DNA of 64,000 bases from Intestinibacillus massiliensis (GCA_029267335.1 JAJUJC010000003.1:165044-229043); one strand, 5' to 3'. Counted from the stretch's first letter, positions 26,674 through 37,501 are shown. Numbers and translations: made by a program. Notes: generated by a model not told the origin, from the letters alone.

Positions 26674-27334
26674 GGCCCGTATGAAATTCGCCAAGGAAGG
26701 GCGCGCAAAATACATCTCCCACCTCGATCTTATGAGCACGATGCAGCGCTCGATGGCGCGCTGCGAGATGCCGCTGTGGTTTACCGAGGGCTTCAATCAG
26801 CACGCGTATGTATCGGTCGCGCTGCCGCTGTCGACCGGCTTTTCAGGCGAGTACGAGTTCCTCGACTTCAATTTGCTGTGTGAAAGCGTGCCGGTCAACG
26901 CGGTCGAAGCGCTCAATGCGGCATTCCCCGAGGGGCTGCGCGCGATCGAAATCTATCCGCTCGCAGACGGCGGACGCAAGCTCGCGGAGATCGCGTATTC
27001 CAAATACCGTGTTACCTACACCTTTGAAAACGGCGAGGCACAGCGCTTTGCCGACGCGCTGCGCGCACTCTTCGCGCGTGACACCGTCGAGATCGTCAAA
27101 CGCTCCAAGCGCGGCGAAAAGACGGTCAATATGCGTGAGCTCATGCGCGAGATCACGGTCGAAGTGGATGGAAATGATGTAAAGGTTTATGTCATTACAG
27201 CTGCAGGAAACAACAATCTCAGTCCGGAATATATCACAAGAGCAATGAATTTATATCATCCAGAATTTCAAACGCCGGATGTCGCCTATCATCGGCTTGC
27301 GGTCTATACCGAGGACATGCAGGCGTTTCGATAA
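26666..27334 (+). CDS. Radical-SAM-associated protein (TIGR03936/DUF2344-like)
   Basis: ATG 26666 follows GGGAGG and overlaps the upstream stop (ATGTTTAA). The motif KYISHLDLMSTMQRSM resembles the family often fused to the preceding radical SAM protein. Confidence 0.8.
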   Translation: MFKARMKFAKEGRAKYISHLDLMSTMQRSMARCEMPLWFTEGFNQHAYVSVALPLSTGFSGEYEFLDFNLLCESVPVNAVEALNAAFPEGLRAIEIYPLADGGRKLAEIAYSKYRVTYTFENGEAQRFADALRALFARDTVEIVKRSKRGEKTVNMRELMREITVEVDGNDVKVYVITAAGNNNLSPEYITRAMNLYHPEFQTPDVAYHRLAVYTEDMQAFR

Positions 27335-27355
27335 CACATAAAGGAGCAAGCAAAC

Positions 27356-28768
27356 ATGACAAACAGCCGTGCCGTGCCACAGGAACAGATCCGGCATCAG
27401 CTTGAATTTATCGACTTTATCGCGCATATGCAGCGCGATAAGCAGCCCCGCGCGTTCACCGCGACCTACGGCTGCCAGCAGAACGAAGCGGATACGCAGC
27501 GCCTTGCCGGCATGCTGCACGATATGGGATACGCCAAGGCGGACAGCGCGGAGGACGCGGACATCATCGTCGTCAACACCTGCGCGGTGCGCGAAAACGC
27601 AGAGAATCGCGTGCTCGGCACAATCGGCGCGATGGCGCACCTCAAGAAGAACAACCCCGACCTCATCATTGCGATGTGCGGCTGCATGGTGCAGCAGGAG
27701 CACATGACCGAAAAAATCAAAAAGAGCTATCCGCAGGTCGATCTGGTGTTCGGTACGCACGCGCTCTGGCGTTTTCCGGAGCTGCTGTACCGCGCGATGA
27801 CCGGCGACAAGCGTGTGTTCGATATTTCGGGCGACGCGGCAGGCGAGATCGCAGAGGGTCTGCCCGTGCTGCGCGACGGCAAGGTGCACGCATGGCTGTC
27901 CATCATGTACGGCTGCAACAATTTCTGCACCTACTGCATCGTGCCCTATGTGCGCGGGCGTGAGCGCAGCCGTGTGCCCGAGGACATCGAAGCCGAGCTG
28001 CGCGCGCTTGTCCGCGAGGGCTACCGCGATATCACGCTGCTCGGGCAGAACGTCAACTCCTACGGCAAGGATCTCGCGCAGGACATCGACTTTTCCGATT
28101 TGCTGTACCGTCTGAACGCGGTCGAGGGCGACTTCACGCTGCGCTTTATGACGAGCCATCCGAAGGACGCGTCGCACAAGCTGTTTGATACGATGGCAGC
28201 ATGCGATAAGGTCGCAAAGCAGCTACATCTGCCGTTTCAGTCGGGCAGCGACGACATCCTGCGCCGCATGAACCGCGGCTACACCGCGCAGCAGTATCGC
28301 GGGCTGATCGACTATGCACGGTCAAAAATGCCGGAACTCACACTGTCTAGCGATATTATCGTCGGTTTTCCGGGTGAAAATGCGCAGGATTTTGCGCAGA
28401 CACTCGAGTTGGTGCGTGCGGTGGGCTTTGACATGCTCTACACCTTCCAGTACTCGAGGCGCAGCGGCACGCCCGCGGCGGAATATCCGGACGATACCCC
28501 GCACGAAGTCAAGCAAGCGCGCTTTGAAGAGCTGCTGCGCACGCAGGACGCGTGCGCCGAGCCGCGCATGAAGGCGTATCAGGACAAGCGTCTGCGTGTG
28601 CTCGTCGACGGGGAGAGCCGCCATGCGGATTATCCGTTCACGGCGCGAACAGACGGCGGTCTGCTCGTCTATTGTGCGGGAAACGGACTGGAAATCGGTT
28701 CGTTTGCGGAAATTATCATTGAAAAAACCGCGCTGCGCAGCCTGTTCGGCAGGGAAGTGCGCGCGTAA
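27356..28768 (+). CDS. miaB: tRNA-2-methylthio-N6-dimethylallyladenosine synthase
   Basis: UPF0004 N-domain (TYGCQQNEADT), radical SAM CNNFCTYC and a C-terminal TRAM domain. Confidence 0.93.
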   Translation: MTNSRAVPQEQIRHQLEFIDFIAHMQRDKQPRAFTATYGCQQNEADTQRLAGMLHDMGYAKADSAEDADIIVVNTCAVRENAENRVLGTIGAMAHLKKNNPDLIIAMCGCMVQQEHMTEKIKKSYPQVDLVFGTHALWRFPELLYRAMTGDKRVFDISGDAAGEIAEGLPVLRDGKVHAWLSIMYGCNNFCTYCIVPYVRGRERSRVPEDIEAELRALVREGYRDITLLGQNVNSYGKDLAQDIDFSDLLYRLNAVEGDFTLRFMTSHPKDASHKLFDTMAACDKVAKQLHLPFQSGSDDILRRMNRGYTAQQYRGLIDYARSKMPELTLSSDIIVGFPGENAQDFAQTLELVRAVGFDMLYTFQYSRRSGTPAAEYPDDTPHEVKQARFEELLRTQDACAEPRMKAYQDKRLRVLVDGESRHADYPFTARTDGGLLVYCAGNGLEIGSFAEIIIEKTALRSLFGREVRA

Positions 28769-28795
28769 GCCATGAGATAGAAACGGGAGACGGAT

Positions 28796-31393
28796 ATGGC
28801 GGAACTCACGCCCATGATGCGGCAGTATTTTGACATCAAAAATCAATATAAGGACTATATTCTGTTCTATCGGCTGGGCGACTTTTACGAAATGTTCTTC
28901 GAGGACGCCAAACTCGCCTCGCGTGAGCTGGAGCTGACCCTGACGGGACGCGATTGCGGGCAGGAGCAGCGCGCACCGATGTGCGGCGTGCCGTATCACA
29001 GCGCGGAAGCCTACATCGCGCGCTTGGTGCGCAAAGGCTACAAGGTCGCCATCTGCGAGCAGGTCGAGGACCCCAAGACCGCGAAGGGACTCGTCAAGCG
29101 CGAGATCGTGCGCATGATCACGCCGGGAACTGTCATCGAAGCGTCCATGCTCGACGAGAACCGCAACAATTTTCTCGCGTGTGTGTTCCTTGACGGGCAG
29201 GACGCTGGCGTGTGCTTCGCGGATATTTCGACGGGCGAGGTGCATGCGACGGCACTGTCCGGCACTGCGTGCATGCGCGAGCTGCTGAGCGAGCTTGGGC
29301 GGTTCGTGCCGCGCGAAACGCTGCTCGGCGGCGGCGCGATACAGGACGAAGCGTTGCTGCTCTTCCTGCGCGAGCGTCTGGAAAGCAACATCGAGCCGCT
29401 GCCCGAGGAAGCGTTCGACTACGAGAGCGCGCACGCGCAGATCGCGGAGCGGTTCGGCATCACGGATTTTACCGCCGCAGGACTGGACGGCTATCCCGTG
29501 CTCGAACGCTGCATCGGCGGTCTGCTGCGCTACCTGCGCGACACGCAACAGAGCAGCCTTGGCAATCTGAACGATTTGCAGGTATACCGGCAGGGGCAGT
29601 TCATGGAGCTTGATCTGACCGCGCGACGCAACCTCGAGCTGTGCGAAACCATGCGCACAAAGGAGAAAAAAGGCTCGCTGCTGTGGGTCATCGACCGCAC
29701 GCAGACCGCAATGGGCTCGCGCCTGATTCGTCAGTGGCTGGAAAAACCGCTGCTCAATCCCATCCACATCAAAAAACGGCAGGATGCGATCGGTGCGCTG
29801 CTCGGGGATGTGGTCGCGCGCAGCGCGCTGACGGACGAACTGAAAAAAATCTTTGACATGGAGCGTCTGATCGGTCGCGTCGTGTACGGTACGGCAAACT
29901 GCCGCGATCTGCGCGCGCTGTTTGCGACGATGGAACGTTTGCCTGCGATCCGGCAGTCGGCGGGACTGTTCGGCAGCGCGCTGCTGCGTGAACTGACCGA
30001 GCGCATCGACCTGCTGACAGATGTGCGCATGCTCATCGACGCGGCGATCGTTGAGGAGCCGCCGATGACCATTCGCGAGGGCGGGTTTATCCGGGCGGGC
30101 TACAGCCGCGAGGTAGACGAGTTGCGCGACCTTTCATCGGGAGGCAAGGGTAAAATCGCAGAAATCGAACAGCGCGAGCGCGAGAATACGGGCATTAAGA
30201 CGCTAAAAGTGGGATATAACCGTGTGTTCGGCTATTATATTGAGGTTTCACGCGCAAACAGTGACGCTGTGCCCGCGCATTACATCCGCAAGCAGACCCT
30301 TGCAAACTGTGAACGGTATATCACTGAGGAACTGAAACAATACGAAAACACCGTGCTCGGCGCGCAGGACAAGCTGACCGCGCTTGAGTATGAACTGTTC
30401 ACCGAGCTGCGGGAACAAATCGCCGCGCAGGTGCACCGCATCCAGCGCACCGCGCAGTCACTCGCAAATCTCGATGTGCTGTGCGCGCTCGCGGAGTTGG
30501 CACAGGAAAATCGCTACACCTGCCCCGACGTCGACTTCTCCGGTCGCATCCACATTCGGGACGGACGGCATCCGGTCGTTGAAAAGGTGATCGAGCACAA
30601 TTTGTTCGTGCCGAACGATACGCTGCTCGACAGCGGAGACAACCGCTGCGCCATCATCACAGGGCCGAACATGGCAGGCAAATCGACCTATATGCGGCAG
30701 GTCGCGCTCATTACCATCCTCGCACAGATGGGTTCCTATGTGCCTGCGGCAAGCGCGCAGATCGGCGTCGTCGACCGTGTGTTCACACGCGTGGGCGCGT
30801 CGGATGATCTTGCGAGCGGTCAGTCCACCTTCATGGTCGAGATGACCGAGGTGGCAGAAATTCTCAAAAACGCGACCAAAAGCAGTCTGCTCATCCTTGA
30901 TGAAATCGGGCGTGGCACATCGACCTACGACGGTATGTCAATCGCACGGGCAGTCGTTGAGTACGCGACCGACAAGAAGAAAATCGGGGCGCGCATGCTG
31001 TTTGCAACGCATTACCATGAACTGACTGCCCTCGAAACGCTGGTCGCGGGCGTGCAGAATTATAATATCGCAGTCAAAAAGCGCGGCGACGACATCACGT
31101 TCCTGCGCAGGATCGTACGCGGCGGTGCGGACGACAGCTACGGCATCGAGGTCGCGAAACTTGCGGGTGTGCCGACGCCGGTCATTCGCCGTGCCAAAAG
31201 CATTCTCGAGGATCTCGAGCGCGACGCACCCAAAATTGAGGTGCGCGCGATCGACGAGGACGACACGCCGCAGATCACGATGCTCGATCTGGGCAACGAC
31301 CGCGTCGGGGAGCGGCTGCGCGCGATGCAGGTCGACACCATGACCCCGATCGAAGCGCTCAACGCGCTGTATGAGCTGAAAAAACTGGTCTAA
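28796..31393 (+). CDS. mutS: DNA mismatch repair protein MutS
   Basis: TPMMRQY N-terminus and Walker A GPNMAGKST. Confidence 0.97.
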   Translation: MAELTPMMRQYFDIKNQYKDYILFYRLGDFYEMFFEDAKLASRELELTLTGRDCGQEQRAPMCGVPYHSAEAYIARLVRKGYKVAICEQVEDPKTAKGLVKREIVRMITPGTVIEASMLDENRNNFLACVFLDGQDAGVCFADISTGEVHATALSGTACMRELLSELGRFVPRETLLGGGAIQDEALLLFLRERLESNIEPLPEEAFDYESAHAQIAERFGITDFTAAGLDGYPVLERCIGGLLRYLRDTQQSSLGNLNDLQVYRQGQFMELDLTARRNLELCETMRTKEKKGSLLWVIDRTQTAMGSRLIRQWLEKPLLNPIHIKKRQDAIGALLGDVVARSALTDELKKIFDMERLIGRVVYGTANCRDLRALFATMERLPAIRQSAGLFGSALLRELTERIDLLTDVRMLIDAAIVEEPPMTIREGGFIRAGYSREVDELRDLSSGGKGKIAEIEQRERENTGIKTLKVGYNRVFGYYIEVSRANSDAVPAHYIRKQTLANCERYITEELKQYENTVLGAQDKLTALEYELFTELREQIAAQVHRIQRTAQSLANLDVLCALAELAQENRYTCPDVDFSGRIHIRDGRHPVVEKVIEHNLFVPNDTLLDSGDNRCAIITGPNMAGKSTYMRQVALITILAQMGSYVPAASAQIGVVDRVFTRVGASDDLASGQSTFMVEMTEVAEILKNATKSSLLILDEIGRGTSTYDGMSIARAVVEYATDKKKIGARMLFATHYHELTALETLVAGVQNYNIAVKKRGDDITFLRRIVRGGADDSYGIEVAKLAGVPTPVIRRAKSILEDLERDAPKIEVRAIDEDDTPQITMLDLGNDRVGERLRAMQVDTMTPIEALNALYELKKLV

Positions 31394-31411
31394 GCACGGG
31401 AGGTGACATCA

Positions 31412-33367
31412 GTGGCTGTCATTCAGGAATTATCGCCGCATCTTGCGGATTTGATCGCGGCGGGCGAGGTCGTCGAACGTCCCGCATCTGTCGCCAAGGA
31501 GCTGATCGAAAATGCGATCGACGCGGGCGCGACGCGTATCACGGTCGAAATCGAAAACGGCGGTGTGACCTATCTGCGCATCGCGGATGACGGCTGCGGC
31601 ATTGCACCGGAGGACGCGCCAATCGCGTTTCGCCGTCACGCGACAAGCAAACTGCGCACCGAAGCCGATCTTGCGGCAATCGGCACACTGGGCTTTCGTG
31701 GAGAAGCGCTCGCGGCGATCGCAGCGGTCGCGCGTATCGACCTGCTGACCAAGCAGCGCGGTGCGCTCGCAGGCACACACCTGCATTTGGAGGCGGGCAC
31801 CATTACGGAACATGAGGAGGCGGGCTGTCCGGAGGGCACGACGCTGGTCATTCGCGATCTGTTTTTCAACACGCCGGCGCGCATGAAATTCCTCAAAAAG
31901 GATTTCACAGAGGCGGGCTATGTGCTCGGCGCCGTGCAGCACGCCGCGCTGTCCCATCCCGAAATCTCCATGACCCTCATCCGCGACGGCAAGCAGGTTT
32001 TCTGCTCGGCGGGCGACGGCAAACTGATGACGCCGGTATTTGGTGTGTTTGGGCGCGAGCTGACCGGCGATATGCTTGAAGTAGAGCCGCTGATGCGCGA
32101 CAACCTGACCGTATGGGGCTACATCACAAAGCCGCACGCAGGTCGGCCAACTCGCGGTATGCAGCACTTTTTCGTGAACGGCCGCTATGTCAAAAATCGC
32201 ACGATGCAGGCAGCACTGGAAGAGGCGTACCGCAACCGTATCATTACGGGAAAGTACCCGAGCTGCACGCTGTTTCTCACGATGCCGCTCGGCGGCGTAG
32301 ACGTCAATGTGCATCCGGCAAAGACTGAGATCAAATTCGCACAGGAGAAGCCGGTTTTTGAGGTGGTTTATATTGCGTGCAAAAATGCGCTTGAAAAAGA
32401 TGATAATGTGCCGGAAATACGGAAAAAACAGGTAGCTGTAAAGGAAGATAACCTTACACTACATCAGCAGCAGATCGAGGTGCCGGTCACACCGCTAGCA
32501 TATGAAAAAGCGCGGCAGCCCGTGCAGGAGCCCCCTATTTCTGTATCCTCTGCGCGCCCGACGGCGGCTGCGCAGATGGCTCGCGCGACACATGCCGGCG
32601 CACCTGTCGCGCGCTATGAGCCGCACGTTGCGTGCGATGATTTCGACGCGGATGCACCGTCTGCGCTGCGGCAAAACGCCGCGCTGCATCCGCAAATCAT
32701 GGAAAGCGCACGACATACCATGCCGCCCGTCGTGGAGGCAGCGCCTGCCGCGCCCGTGCATGCGCTGCCGCAGGGCACGCCCAAGACTGTGCCGCTGACA
32801 GGCGGCGCGCGCGTGCTTGGGGAAGCGTTCCACACCTACATCGTTGCGGAGGATGCGCAGGGCATGCTGCTCATTGATAAGCATGCGGCGCATGAGCGCA
32901 TGCTTTTTAACAAGCTGCGCGAAACGACCGAGATTGCGCAGCAGCGGCTGCTCGCACCCGTTATAGTCGAGCCGAGTGCAACCGAGAGCGCTGCGTTGAC
33001 CGAGCATCTGGACGAAGTGCGCGCGACGGGCTTTGACCTCGAGCCGTTTGGCAGCGGCAGCTTTGCCGTGCGCGGCGCGCCTGCTTATTTGGATAGCGCG
33101 GACATTCCCTCGGTACTATCCGAAATTGCGATGAGGCTCATGACCAGCCGCGCGGCGGCAACCGAGCGTTTCGACGACCTCATCCACATGGTCGCGTGTA
33201 AGGCGGCGATCAAGGCAGGCAGCAGTTCCGCTTTGCCTGAGCTGCAAAGCGTGTGCGACCGCGTGCTCGCAGACCCCGAGGTTTCGAGCTGCCCGCACGG
33301 CCGTCCGGTCATGGTGCGCCTGACGCGCTATGAACTTGACAAGCTGTTTAAGCGGGTCAATCAGTAA
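31412..33367 (+). CDS. mutL: DNA mismatch repair protein MutL
   Basis: GHKL ATPase motif IAAGEVVERPASVAKELIENAIDAGA. GTG 31412 lies 8 nt after GGGAGG. GTG 31403 is an alternative start. Confidence 0.95.
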   Translation: MAVIQELSPHLADLIAAGEVVERPASVAKELIENAIDAGATRITVEIENGGVTYLRIADDGCGIAPEDAPIAFRRHATSKLRTEADLAAIGTLGFRGEALAAIAAVARIDLLTKQRGALAGTHLHLEAGTITEHEEAGCPEGTTLVIRDLFFNTPARMKFLKKDFTEAGYVLGAVQHAALSHPEISMTLIRDGKQVFCSAGDGKLMTPVFGVFGRELTGDMLEVEPLMRDNLTVWGYITKPHAGRPTRGMQHFFVNGRYVKNRTMQAALEEAYRNRIITGKYPSCTLFLTMPLGGVDVNVHPAKTEIKFAQEKPVFEVVYIACKNALEKDDNVPEIRKKQVAVKEDNLTLHQQQIEVPVTPLAYEKARQPVQEPPISVSSARPTAAAQMARATHAGAPVARYEPHVACDDFDADAPSALRQNAALHPQIMESARHTMPPVVEAAPAAPVHALPQGTPKTVPLTGGARVLGEAFHTYIVAEDAQGMLLIDKHAAHERMLFNKLRETTEIAQQRLLAPVIVEPSATESAALTEHLDEVRATGFDLEPFGSGSFAVRGAPAYLDSADIPSVLSEIAMRLMTSRAAATERFDDLIHMVACKAAIKAGSSSALPELQSVCDRVLADPEVSSCPHGRPVMVRLTRYELDKLFKRVNQ

Positions 33368-33382
33368 ACAGGAGTGAACACC

Positions 33383-34324
33383 ATGCAAAATCGACTCATC
33401 TGCATTACAGGACCGACCGCAAGCGGCAAGACCGCCCTGTCGGTCGCGTTGGCAAAACAGCGCGGTACAGACATTATCTCGGCGGATTCCATGCAGGTCT
33501 ATCGCGGTATGAATATCGGCACGGCGAAGCCCTCAGAAGAAGAACGGCAGGGCGTGCCCCACCATATGATCGATATTGTTGAACCGGAAGAGCCATTTTC
33601 GGTTGCGCGATTCGTTGAGCTTGCGGATGCTTGTGCGCAGGAACTGCTCGCGCAGGGCAAGATTCCGGTTGTCGCAGGCGGTACGGCGCTCTATATGGAT
33701 GCGCTCATTGAGTGCAGCACCTTTTCGGGCGACGAAACCGACACTGAGACCCGGCGCGAACTGCGCATACTTGCGGAAACGCATGGCGTGGGCTATGTGC
33801 ACGAGCTGCTGCATCAGGTCGACCCCGAGGGAGCGGCGCGGCTGCATCCGAATAACGTCAAGCGTGTCATTCGCGCGCTCGAGGTCTATCGGCAGACCGG
33901 CATGACGCTGGATGCGTTCAATGCGCTGCATAAGCGTGCGGAGCCAAAATATCAAGCAACCATCATCGGACTGTGTCCACAGTCGCGCGAAACGCTGTAT
34001 CACCGTATCGACGCACGCGTGGACAGCATGCTCGCGGACGGTCTGCTCGAGGAAGCGCGCGCACTGCATGACGCGGGAAAACTGACCGGCACGGCGGGGC
34101 AGGCGATCGGCTACAAGGAGCTGAGCGATTTTCTTGAGGGCAGGGACAGTCTGGAAAACTGTGTCGAAGTGCTCAAACGCCGCACAAGAAATTATGCAAA
34201 ACGACAGCTTACCTGGCTCAAAAGGGATGACAGAATCCACTGGATCTACTATAATGAAGATACCCAGTTTGCCCAGCTGCTACAAAATGCGACAGAATAT
34301 CTAGACGCACTGGGTGTATCATGA
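33383..34324 (+). CDS. miaA: tRNA dimethylallyltransferase
   Basis: P-loop GPTASGKT. ATG 33383 lies 8 nt after CAGGAG. Confidence 0.95.
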   Translation: MQNRLICITGPTASGKTALSVALAKQRGTDIISADSMQVYRGMNIGTAKPSEEERQGVPHHMIDIVEPEEPFSVARFVELADACAQELLAQGKIPVVAGGTALYMDALIECSTFSGDETDTETRRELRILAETHGVGYVHELLHQVDPEGAARLHPNNVKRVIRALEVYRQTGMTLDAFNALHKRAEPKYQATIIGLCPQSRETLYHRIDARVDSMLADGLLEEARALHDAGKLTGTAGQAIGYKELSDFLEGRDSLENCVEVLKRRTRNYAKRQLTWLKRDDRIHWIYYNEDTQFAQLLQNATEYLDALGVS

Positions 34325-34357
34325 TTCCATAATTTGGTATATTATGGAGGAATCACC

Positions 34358-34606
34358 GTGCGTAACGAAATGAATTTACAGGATAGCTTTTTAAACATCA
34401 TGCGTCAGCAGGGGCAGAACGTCACCCTGTTTTTGACGAACGGGTTTCAAATGCGCGGCGTAGTGCGCGGATTTGACAGCTTTGTGGTGCTGCTCGAGAG
34501 TGAGGGAAAGCAGCAAATGATCTATAAGCACGCGATTTCAACGGTGATCCCGCAGCGGCGGATTGACTTTCCCGTCAAGCACAGCGAGCGCGTGCAGAAC
34601 GAATGA
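34358..34606 (+). CDS. hfq: RNA chaperone Hfq
   Basis: Sm1/Sm2 motifs ([34 protein letters not shown]). GTG 34358 lies 7 nt after GGAGG. ATG 34370 is an alternative start. Confidence 0.92.
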   Translation: MRNEMNLQDSFLNIMRQQGQNVTLFLTNGFQMRGVVRGFDSFVVLLESEGKQQMIYKHAISTVIPQRRIDFPVKHSERVQNE

Positions 34607-34617
34607 AGTGAGGCAAA

Positions 34618-35865
34618 ATGGGCAAAAAGAGCGGCAAACATCTCATGAAAAAGCGACGTGCGGCGGGCAGCCGCATGGTGCTCATATTTGCAGCCATCGC
34701 ACTGCTCTATTTCGCGGGACAGATCTACGGCGCGCTGTCCGGCAATATCGAAACCGTGAGCGCGACGCATGTGACGATGGATGACGCGCTGTCCGTGACG
34801 GGTTGTTTTATCCGTGACGAGCAGATCGTCCCGGGCACAACGGGCGACACGGTCGAACATGTTGTGCACAGCGGGGAACGCGTGCACGTTGGCTCCCGTC
34901 TTGCCGTGGAGTATGCCGACCAGACGGCGCTTGACAACAACCGTAAACTCGATGCGCTCAACGCGCAGATTGCGCTGCTGCAAACGGCACTGCAATCCAC
35001 GGGAGATCTGGCGGATGCAGGCAAACTCGACCAGCTTATTTCGATGCGGATGCGCACGCTTGCCGCACAAACCGGTCAGGGCAGCATGACCGACCTGAGC
35101 GACAGTTCCGCGGCGCTGCGGCAGCTTGTGCTGCGGCGCATGGCGGGAGGACAGGATCAAAAAACGCTGCAAGGCGATCTGGACACGCTCAAACAGCAGC
35201 AGGCGTCGCTGCAAGGCACGGTCGGTACGCATACGAAGGTTATCTCTGCGCCGAGTGCAGGCTATTTTTCCGGTGCGGTCGACGGCTATGAGACCGTGCT
35301 GACACCGGATCTTCTGGACAAGTTGGATGTCGACAGCTTCGGCGCAAAGCTTGCCGCACCTGCTGCGGCGGATGCCAAGGCGCTGGGCAAGATTGTGCGC
35401 GGTTTTTACTGGCATTTCGGTGCGGTTGTGGACAAGAACGAGGCGCAGGAGTTCACCGTCGGACATTCCTATGCGCTGCGGTTTGCACAGGTGTCTGAGG
35501 ATGTACCGGTCACGCTCGAGGCGATGCGTCCACAGGAAAACGGCAACAAGGCGCTGCTTCTTTTCAAGGGTGCGGTATTTGACAGCGAACTCGTGTCGAT
35601 GCGGCAGCAGGTCGTCGACATTATCCGTGGTACATATACGGGCATCAAGGTGCCTAAGAGTGCCATTCGCACGCAGGGCAACACGCTCGGCGTCTATACA
35701 CTCAGCGGCTCGGTCAGCCGCTTCAAAAAAATCGTCCCGCTCTATGAGGGGGACACCTATTATGTGATCGAGCAGGGGAATACGGCAGATACCGGCGTCG
35801 TGGTGCAGGATAACATCATCGTCAAGGCGCGTGGTTTGGAAGATAAGAAGGTCGTAAAGAAATGA
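34618..35865 (+). CDS. Membrane-anchored HlyD-like (membrane-fusion-type) protein
   Basis: N-terminal basic segment plus one TM, a central coiled coil (LDALNAQIALLQTAL...LQGDLDTLKQQQASLQG) and a beta-rich C-terminus. Confidence 0.5.
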   Translation: MGKKSGKHLMKKRRAAGSRMVLIFAAIALLYFAGQIYGALSGNIETVSATHVTMDDALSVTGCFIRDEQIVPGTTGDTVEHVVHSGERVHVGSRLAVEYADQTALDNNRKLDALNAQIALLQTALQSTGDLADAGKLDQLISMRMRTLAAQTGQGSMTDLSDSSAALRQLVLRRMAGGQDQKTLQGDLDTLKQQQASLQGTVGTHTKVISAPSAGYFSGAVDGYETVLTPDLLDKLDVDSFGAKLAAPAAADAKALGKIVRGFYWHFGAVVDKNEAQEFTVGHSYALRFAQVSEDVPVTLEAMRPQENGNKALLLFKGAVFDSELVSMRQQVVDIIRGTYTGIKVPKSAIRTQGNTLGVYTLSGSVSRFKKIVPLYEGDTYYVIEQGNTADTGVVVQDNIIVKARGLEDKKVVKK

Positions 35866-36575
35866 CAGAGCAAGAAAGAAACGTGATGGAAGAAAACGTG
35901 CGTGCGGTACGCAGCAAGATCGCGTACGCCGCGCAGCAGGTCGGGCGCGCCCCCGAGGACATTACCCTCGTCGCAGCGACCAAAATGAACGACGCGGAGC
36001 GCGTGCGTGCGGCGCTCGCTTGCGGTATCGATGCGGCGGGCGAAAACCGTGTGCAGGAGCTGCTTGAAAAATATGATGCACACGCCTATGACGGCAAGCC
36101 GCTGCATTTTATCGGCACGCTGCAAACCAATAAGGTCAAATATCTGATCGGAAAAGTCGAACTCATTCAGTCGGTCAGCTCGGTACGACTTGGGCAGGTG
36201 ATTGCGAAGGAAGCGGCAAAGTGCGGCGTGCGGCAGGATATTCTGCTTGAAGTCAACATCGGCGGAGAGGAATCCAAGAGTGGTTTGGCGCCGGACGAAG
36301 TGGATGACGCAGTCCGTGTTCTTGCGGCGGAGCCGACGGTATGCGTGCGCGGACTCATGGCGATTCCGCCTGTCGCGGACACAAAAGGAAAAAATATCGG
36401 TTATTTTCGGGCAATGCATCAACTATTTATTGACATAGCGGCAAAAAAATACGATAATACTGATATAAGCGTTTTATCTATGGGAATGAGCGGCGACTAT
36501 GAGGACGCGATTGCCTGCGGCGCAACTATGGTGCGTGTGGGCAGCGCGATTTTTGGTGCACGTCATTATATGTAA
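35862..36575 (+). CDS. yggS: YggS-family pyridoxal phosphate homeostasis protein
   Basis: ATGA overlap with the upstream gene. HFIGTLQTNKVK and MGMSGDYE motifs. Confidence 0.9.
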   Translation: MTEQERNVMEENVRAVRSKIAYAAQQVGRAPEDITLVAATKMNDAERVRAALACGIDAAGENRVQELLEKYDAHAYDGKPLHFIGTLQTNKVKYLIGKVELIQSVSSVRLGQVIAKEAAKCGVRQDILLEVNIGGEESKSGLAPDEVDDAVRVLAAEPTVCVRGLMAIPPVADTKGKNIGYFRAMHQLFIDIAAKKYDNTDISVLSMGMSGDYEDAIACGATMVRVGSAIFGARHYM

Positions 36576-36646
36576 GATTTTCGACATGCGCGACTCCGGA
36601 CGGCTCCGGTATACTGGTGAAGCAATCAACTTGGGAGGAATATAAA

Positions 36647-37093
36647 ATGGGTTCTATCAAAACATTCATTGATTGGGTCAAGGGCGAGGATGCCGAGGAC
36701 GACTACGAGGAGTTCGTACCGAAGCAGGCACAGACCCCCACACCGGAGACCTCTTTGGGTTATACAGCAGATACAGGTGCACGCAAGAACAATAAGGTCG
36801 TTAACATCAATGCAACGACGCAACTTGCGGTCGTGCTGGTCAAGCCGGATCGTTTTGAAAACGCCGCCGAAATTGCAGACCATCTCAAGGAAAAGCGCAC
36901 AGTTGTGCTCAATCTGGAGCAGACGAATAAGGATGTCGCGCGCCGTCTGGTTGATTTTTTGAGCGGCGTTGCTTATGCCAATGAGGGCAAGATCAAAAAG
37001 GTCGCCAACAGCACGTACATCATCACGCCCTACAATGTCGATATTCTCGGCGATCTGATCGACGAACTCGAGAGCAACGGCTTGTATTTTTAA
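36647..37093 (+). CDS. sepF: Cell division protein SepF
   Basis: ATG 36647 follows GGGAGGA. The C-terminal domain VVLVKPDRFENAAEIADHLKEKRTVVLNLE is typical of SepF. Confidence 0.9.
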   Translation: MGSIKTFIDWVKGEDAEDDYEEFVPKQAQTPTPETSLGYTADTGARKNNKVVNINATTQLAVVLVKPDRFENAAEIADHLKEKRTVVLNLEQTNKDVARRLVDFLSGVAYANEGKIKKVANSTYIITPYNVDILGDLIDELESNGLYF

Positions 37094-37123
37094 GAAATAC
37101 CGTTTATCTGAGAGGAAGTAAGA

Positions 37124-37390
37124 TTGTTTAATATTGTCACCGCGATTGCGACCTACTTGATTCGGCTGTTAGAGTTTTTGCTGTTTGCGCGCGCGATTTT
37201 ATCGTGGTTTCCGCAGGCACAAGGCTCAAAGCTCGGCGACTTTCTGTATGAAATCACAGAGCCGATTATCATGCCGTTTCGCGCGCTGCTGAGCCGCTTT
37301 GAATTTATTCGCACAATGCCGATCGACATTTCGTTCCTGTGTGCGTTCCTCGCACTGGAAATGATTCAGGGTATGTTGTATCAACTATAA
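37124..37390 (+). CDS. yggT: YggT-family membrane protein
   Basis: 88 aa with two TM segments. TTG start after GAGAGGAAG. Canonical position after sepF. Confidence 0.8.
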   Translation: MFNIVTAIATYLIRLLEFLLFARAILSWFPQAQGSKLGDFLYEITEPIIMPFRALLSRFEFIRTMPIDISFLCAFLALEMIQGMLYQL

Positions 37391-37501
37391 TGGACACCGG
37401 ACTTGGCTATGTGGTCGGGGGCATCCCCGACCATTTTACCGTATTTAAAAGGGCGTGATCACCTAATCGCGCATTATGAACCGGAGGGGAGAACACAAAA
37501 C

